Positions 59,190-64,000 of a stretch of DNA of 64,000 bases are shown in pieces. The stretch is from an uncultured Trueperaceae bacterium (GTDB taxonomy: Bacteria > Deinococcota > Deinococci > Deinococcales > Trueperaceae). Numbering within the stretch: position 1 is the stretch's first letter; each line of letters opens with the position of its first letter. Below the pieces are notes generated by a model, which was not told where the DNA came from, did not search any database, and worked only from the letters and a program-made list of their open reading frames with translations. The DNA lies in contig CAWCXJ010000006.1 in the NCBI GenBank assembly GCA_963799485.1, positions 576,001 through 640,000 on the forward strand, given 5' to 3'. The position numbers and the translations under genes were made by a program.

Positions 59190-60131
59190 CTGCAGGACGG
59201 CAAGTTACTCGGTGGACCTGCGGGAACGGGTTGTTAAAGCGCAGCTCGAGGAAGGGCAGAACAAAAGTGTGGTAGCCCGGCGCTTCGGGTCAGTCGGTGG
59301 ACGGGTGCGCGTTACGTTAAACGGGCGGCTACGGGCAGCTTAGTTCCAACGCCCCACCCGGGCAGCAAGCAGCGGCTCGGTGAGGTGGCGTGTGAGTTGA
59401 AGGCACAGGTCGAAGCCCATCACGACTGGAACCTCGCACAGCACGCTGCTACGCTTACCGAGACGACCGGGGTCGAGCTCAGGAAGTCGTCGGTGGGCAA
59501 TTACTTGAAGCGTTTGGGTATCACCTATAAAAAAGGGCTTTACGGCGCGCGAACGAGGTGAAGCGGCCCGCACGAGTTACCGGAACGAGGTAAAAGACAA
59601 AGCCGGCAAGCAGCTTGTCTTTATCGACGAGACCAGCGCCTTCGTGGGCCAAAGCCGGGAGTACGGTCGTGCAGCGAGCGCTGAGCGGGTGCATGATACC
59701 CGGCCTAAAGGCAAGAAAGCTCGCGTCAGCTTAATCTCTGCAATAACCCTATACAGCGATGACTGACACAAGCGTTAGTCATTACCGATACAGTCAACAA
59801 AAATGCGTTTCTGGCATTTCTCGCGACTACCCGGCTCCCGACTCTGACCAAAGGTAGCGTGCTCGTCATGGACAACTGGCGTGTGCATCATGGTGATGAC
59901 GTTCGAGGCCTCGTAAACGCTGCAGGCTGTGAACGCCGGTATCTGCCAACCTACTCACCTGACCTAAACCCCACCAAACACCTGTTCGCCAAAGTTAAAG
60001 CCTTCGCCAAAGCGCTTCGGCCCGACTCGGCCGACAAGCTGCGCCAAGCTTTTTGTGACGCCCTCAAAACCGTTACACAAGACAACATTCTCAACTCGTT
60101 TCTGCACTGCGGCTATGCGTTGGAGCAGTGA
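59190..60131 (+). mobile_element. IS630-family transposase pseudogene
   Basis: YSVDLRERVV, LGITYKK, FIDET, MDNWRVH and YLPTYSPDLNP across several frames. Confidence 0.88.
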
Positions 60132-60213
60132 AGCGTGGAAATGCGATAAAATGTTTGTGACCACCGCCTAGCTTAGGGGTAGTGCGTTTGCCCTAGGACG
60201 AAGAGCGCGCTGC

Positions 60214-60396
60214 TTGACACGCTCAAACCGCCCCGATATACTCGCTTTTAGATGAAAGATGCCTCTACCCGTCAACTAGGCTGCGCGCTAAACCTAATCG
60301 GTCTAGACCTAGCTGTTGCAGGTTGGCAGGGCGTCGTTTAGTCGTAACGGAGAATCCATAAACGCCCCCGCCAACCACACCGGCGGGGGTTTTTTT
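60214..60396 (+). promoter_or_regulatory. ilv/leu promoter and ribosome-mediated attenuator
   Basis: TTGACA-17-TATACT; antiterminator GGTTGGCAGGGCGT pairs with ACGCCCCCGCCAACC; terminator CCCCCGCC/GGCGGGGG plus T7. Confidence 0.88.
60252..60341 (+). CDS. ilv leader peptide (29 aa)
   Basis: MKDASTRQLGCALNLIGLDLAVAGWQGVV; all five Leu codons are CTA. Confidence 0.82.
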   Translation: MKDASTRQLGCALNLIGLDLAVAGWQGVV

Positions 60397-60419
60397 GGGC
60401 AGGGCAAGGGAGTTTAAGT

Positions 60420-62225
60420 ATGCAGCAGCAAACAGCAGCCGAACCAGCAGCGCCACCCGAGGGTGCGCCGAGAGCGCGTCCGGAAAAGCTCAACGGGGCG
60501 GCGGCGCTTCTTTACGCGCTCGAGCTCGAGGGTGTCAACCTCGTCTTCGGGCACCCCGGCGGCGCAATCATGCCGACCTACGACGCCCTTTACGATTCGC
60601 CTATCAAGCACATTCTGGTTCGCCACGAACAGGCGGGCGCACACGCTGCCGACGCTTACTACCGCGCTTCGGGCCGGGTCGGGGTGTGTTTTGCCACCTC
60701 GGGGCCGGGGGCGACAAACCTTGTTACAGGTTTGGCGACGGCGCACATGGATTCGTCGGCGGTCGTTGCGGTGACGGGGAATGTGCCCTCAACTTTAATC
60801 GGTACCGACGCCTTTCAGGAGGCGGACGTATACGGCATCACCTTGCCCGTCACGAAGCACAACTACCTTGTCAAACACGTCAACGACATCCCCAAAATCG
60901 TCCGCGAAGCGTTTCATATCGCCTCGACGGGGCGTCCGGGGCCGGTACTGATCGATATTCCCAAAGATATTCAGCAGGCCGAGTTTACGGGCAGTTTTGA
61001 GACGGAACTTTCGCTGCCCGGTTACAAACCCACCGCAATTGGTCACGGAAAACAGATCAAGCGCGCCGCCGAAGCGATTCGCGCCGCCGAACGCCCCATC
61101 ATGATGGTCGGCGGCGGCGGTCAGGTCGCTGCGCCGGAGATCGCCGCCTTCGCCGAACGCACCGGGATTCCGGTCATCACCACGCTGATGGGCCTGGGCG
61201 CGTACCCTGCCGGAGCTGACAATGCCCTCGGAATGCCGGGGATGCACGGCACCGTCACCGCCAACCGCGCCATCACCCATTCCGATTTGGTCATCGGCGC
61301 AGGTTTACGCTTTGACGACCGCGTAACCGGCAATATCAAACGCTTTGCGCCGAACGCGACGATTGTCCACATAGATATTGACCCGGCCGAGATTTCCAAA
61401 CTCGTCAAGGCGCACGTGCCGGTTGTGGGCGACCTGCGCGACGTGCTGCCGCGGCTCGGGGGGATGCTTAACGAACTCACCATCCCTAAGTGGTGGGCGC
61501 AGCTCTCCGAGTGGAAAGGCATGTACCCCGAGCGCATCAAAAAAGATAAACCGCTCGTCTCTCAAGAGGTCATTCAGCTCTTCCAGCGCACCACGGGCGG
61601 CGACTGCGTGGTTACGACCGAGGTCGGTCAACACCAGATGTTCGCGGCAAGATTATTTGCTACCAATGCGCCGCGCAGCTTTATCACCTCGGGCGGCCTC
61701 GGCACGATGGGCTTCGGCCTGCCCGCCGCCATCGGCGCAGCGTTCGCCCGGCCCGACAAGCAGATTGTCTGCATCGCCGGAGACGGCTCCGTGCAGATGA
61801 ACATCCAGGAACTCGCCACCATCTACAAGCATCAGCTGCCGATTGTGATTGCGATTTGTAACAACGGAATGCTCGGGATGGTGCGGCAGTGGCAGGAGAT
61901 GTTTCACGCGCAGCGTTACAGCGAGGTCTACTTAGCCGACTCGAACCCGGACTTTGCCAAACTCGCCGAAGCTTACGGTTTGGACGGCTACAACGTCTTT
62001 GACCGTGACGAAGCGGCGCGGCTTATCCCTGAAGTGTTGGCCAAAGGCAAACCTGCGGTGATGAACTTCGTCGTATACGAGGCCGAAAAGGTCTTCCCGA
62101 TGGTGCCTTCGGGTGCAGGCGTTGACGAGATGCTGATCGGCGACCAGGAACCTGAAGAGGTTACGGCGCAAGAGGCCCTCAAAACCGAAGAGCAGACCGA
62201 CGAAGAGCCCGTGGCGGGCAGCTGA
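60420..62225 (+). CDS. ilvB: Acetolactate synthase large subunit
   Basis: FGHPGGA, RHEQ, TSGPGATN and GDGS..MN ThDP motif. Confidence 0.97.
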   Translation: MQQQTAAEPAAPPEGAPRARPEKLNGAAALLYALELEGVNLVFGHPGGAIMPTYDALYDSPIKHILVRHEQAGAHAADAYYRASGRVGVCFATSGPGATNLVTGLATAHMDSSAVVAVTGNVPSTLIGTDAFQEADVYGITLPVTKHNYLVKHVNDIPKIVREAFHIASTGRPGPVLIDIPKDIQQAEFTGSFETELSLPGYKPTAIGHGKQIKRAAEAIRAAERPIMMVGGGGQVAAPEIAAFAERTGIPVITTLMGLGAYPAGADNALGMPGMHGTVTANRAITHSDLVIGAGLRFDDRVTGNIKRFAPNATIVHIDIDPAEISKLVKAHVPVVGDLRDVLPRLGGMLNELTIPKWWAQLSEWKGMYPERIKKDKPLVSQEVIQLFQRTTGGDCVVTTEVGQHQMFAARLFATNAPRSFITSGGLGTMGFGLPAAIGAAFARPDKQIVCIAGDGSVQMNIQELATIYKHQLPIVIAICNNGMLGMVRQWQEMFHAQRYSEVYLADSNPDFAKLAEAYGLDGYNVFDRDEAARLIPEVLAKGKPAVMNFVVYEAEKVFPMVPSGAGVDEMLIGDQEPEEVTAQEALKTEEQTDEEPVAGS

Positions 62226-62749
62226 TGACGCAGCACGTTTTGAGCGTGACCGTCCGTGATGAACCGGGCGTACTGATGCGAATCGCCGGACTCTTTGCGC
62301 GGCGCGGTTTCAACATCGAGTCGCTGTCGGTCGCGCAGTCTGAAATACCGGGCGTCTCACGCACGACCTTTACGGTTTCCGGTGAAGACGCCAGCATCGA
62401 GCAGGTGCAGAAGCAGTTACAAAAACTCATTGACGTCATTAAAGTCATCGACCACTCCGAAGCCAAGTTTGTTGACCGCGAGCTGATGTTGATTAAAGTT
62501 TCGGTGCGTTCGCCCGAAGACCGCGTAGAACTCCGGCAGATTGCCCAGGACTTTCGGGCCCGCATCGTTGACGTTCACCGGGACGCGCTCGTGTTTGAAG
62601 TGACGGGCGACGCGGGCAAGATGGACGCTTTTATCGAACAGATGCAGCCTTTTGGCATCACTGAACTTATCCGCACCGGGCGTATTGCGCTGACGCGCAG
62701 CGCCGCTGACAGCAGAGTGACCAGCAGACAAACTTTCAAAGCCGCTTAA
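62225..62749 (+). CDS. ilvN: Acetolactate synthase small subunit
   Basis: ACT domain [29 protein letters not shown]. Confidence 0.97.
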   Translation: MTQHVLSVTVRDEPGVLMRIAGLFARRGFNIESLSVAQSEIPGVSRTTFTVSGEDASIEQVQKQLQKLIDVIKVIDHSEAKFVDRELMLIKVSVRSPEDRVELRQIAQDFRARIVDVHRDALVFEVTGDAGKMDAFIEQMQPFGITELIRTGRIALTRSAADSRVTSRQTFKAA

Positions 62750-62766
62750 AAGGAGCATTCATTTAC

Positions 62767-63765
62767 ATGGCCAACATCTATTACGACAGCGACGCAAATA
62801 TGTCTCACTTAGAGGGTAAAACCGTTTCAATTCTAGGATACGGCGCACAAGGACACGCGCACGCCCTGAACGCTAAAGAGTCGGGAGCGAACGTCGTCGT
62901 CGGTCTCCGCAAAGGGTCGGCAAGCTGGGCCAAAGCGGAAAACTCGGGACTTACGGTGATGGAGGTTCCCGAAGCGGCCAAAGCGGGCGACCTCATTATG
63001 ATTCTCTTGCCCGACGAAACGCAGGGACAGGTTTACCGCGAGCAGATTGCACCGTATCTCGAGGCCGACAACGCGCTCCTCTTCGCCCACGGCTTCAATA
63101 TCCATTTCGGTCAGATTCAGCCGCCCGAAAACGTTGACGTGCTGATGGTCGCGCCTAAAGGCCCCGGCGAACTCGTTCGCAGAACGTTTACGCAAGGTGG
63201 CGGCGTCCCTTGCCTGATTGCGGTGCATCAGGACGCGACCGGTACAGCGAAACAGCGTGGTCTGGCCTACGCCAAAGCTATCGGTGGGACTCGCGGCGGC
63301 GTTTTGGAAACGACCTTTACCGAAGAAACCGAAACCGACCTTTTTGGTGAGCAAGCGGTGCTTTGTGGCGGCGTCACCGAGCTGATGCGTTCAGGGTTTG
63401 AAACGCTTGTCGAGGCGGGTTATCAACCCGAAAGTGCGTACTTCGAGTGCGTTCACGAGATGAAGCTCATCGTTGACCTGATTTACGAGGGTGGTTTTGA
63501 AAAGATGCGTGACGTAATTTCAAACACTGCCGAGTACGGCGACTACGTGACCGGGCCGCGCATTATCACCGACGAAACAAGGGCCGAGATGAAACGCGTT
63601 TTACGCGATATTCAGCAGGGCAAGTTCGCTCGAGACTTCCTCTTGGAAAACCAGGTCGGGCAACCTACCCTCAAAGCCGGACGGCGCGCCACCGGTGACT
63701 CGCAAGTCGCCGAGGTCGGCGGCAAGCTCCGGCAGATGATGCCCTTTATCGGTAACAAAGGTTAG
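62767..63765 (+). CDS. ilvC: Ketol-acid reductoisomerase
   Basis: [17 protein letters not shown] and [16 protein letters not shown] motifs. Confidence 0.98.
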   Translation: MANIYYDSDANMSHLEGKTVSILGYGAQGHAHALNAKESGANVVVGLRKGSASWAKAENSGLTVMEVPEAAKAGDLIMILLPDETQGQVYREQIAPYLEADNALLFAHGFNIHFGQIQPPENVDVLMVAPKGPGELVRRTFTQGGGVPCLIAVHQDATGTAKQRGLAYAKAIGGTRGGVLETTFTEETETDLFGEQAVLCGGVTELMRSGFETLVEAGYQPESAYFECVHEMKLIVDLIYEGGFEKMRDVISNTAEYGDYVTGPRIITDETRAEMKRVLRDIQQGKFARDFLLENQVGQPTLKAGRRATGDSQVAEVGGKLRQMMPFIGNKG

Positions 63766-63874
63766 TCCGATGTGGGTCGAGGGCGCGTTTTTAATCGGGA
63801 ATAACCTGCGACTACCGTAGTTTTTGCTGCTTGCTTGAACCACGCCCTCGACCTCTATCAGAAAGGACAACCCT

Positions 63875-64000
63875 ATGGCTTACGTTAAAATTTTTGACAC
63901 AACTTTACGAGACGGTGAACAGTCTCCCGGCGTCGCGCTCAACACCGGGCAAAAGCTCGAGATCGCTCACGCTTTGGCGCGTTTGGGTGTAGACATCATC
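63875..64000 (+). CDS. leuA: 2-isopropylmalate synthase, N-terminus (runs off the window)
   Basis: [19 protein letters not shown] after SD AAGGA. Confidence 0.93.
   Translation, partial: MAYVKIFDTTLRDGEQSPGVALNTGQKLEIAHALARLGVDII

Overview
GC-rich (about 60%) bacterial chromosome segment, most likely Deinococcota (Truepera-like). This assignment rests on gene content and on many leaderless genes with a TANNNT -10 box 5-9 nt before the start codon. Most of the window is housekeeping: hemG, SCO, metK, thiolase, moaA/fdhD with two different Mo-dependent formate-dehydrogenase-family enzymes and an OFA transporter, tyrA, a two-component pair, cdd, ppa, pdxT, PBP1A, sugar and glycerol-3-P type ABC transporters, a Ser/Thr kinase and ilvB-ilvN-ilvC-leuA. 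Five decayed accessory patches (about 16.5-18.0, 36.6-37.3, 43.2-44.4, 47.8-52.8 and 58.9-60.2 kb) hold IS remnants, an integron-integrase relic and a cmr1 relic. The most notable items are: (1) a self-contained ~160-nt structured transcript with a 16-nt complement to the 16S rRNA 3' end; (2) a LexA - unknown - Rad52/DdrA - two zinc-finger microprotein operon with candidate operator half-sites; (3) a coupled YcaO plus atypical deacetylase pair with no visible precursor; (4) a 28-bp/39-bp/28-bp duplication resembling an off-target CRISPR spacer insertion; (5) strong over-representation of CTCGAG and CCGTAAA; (6) an unannotated, very acidic 50-aa protein; (7) a clear ilv attenuator, a Pho-box-like array and a structured metK leader. 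All family calls come from motif recognition by eye; no database search was run.
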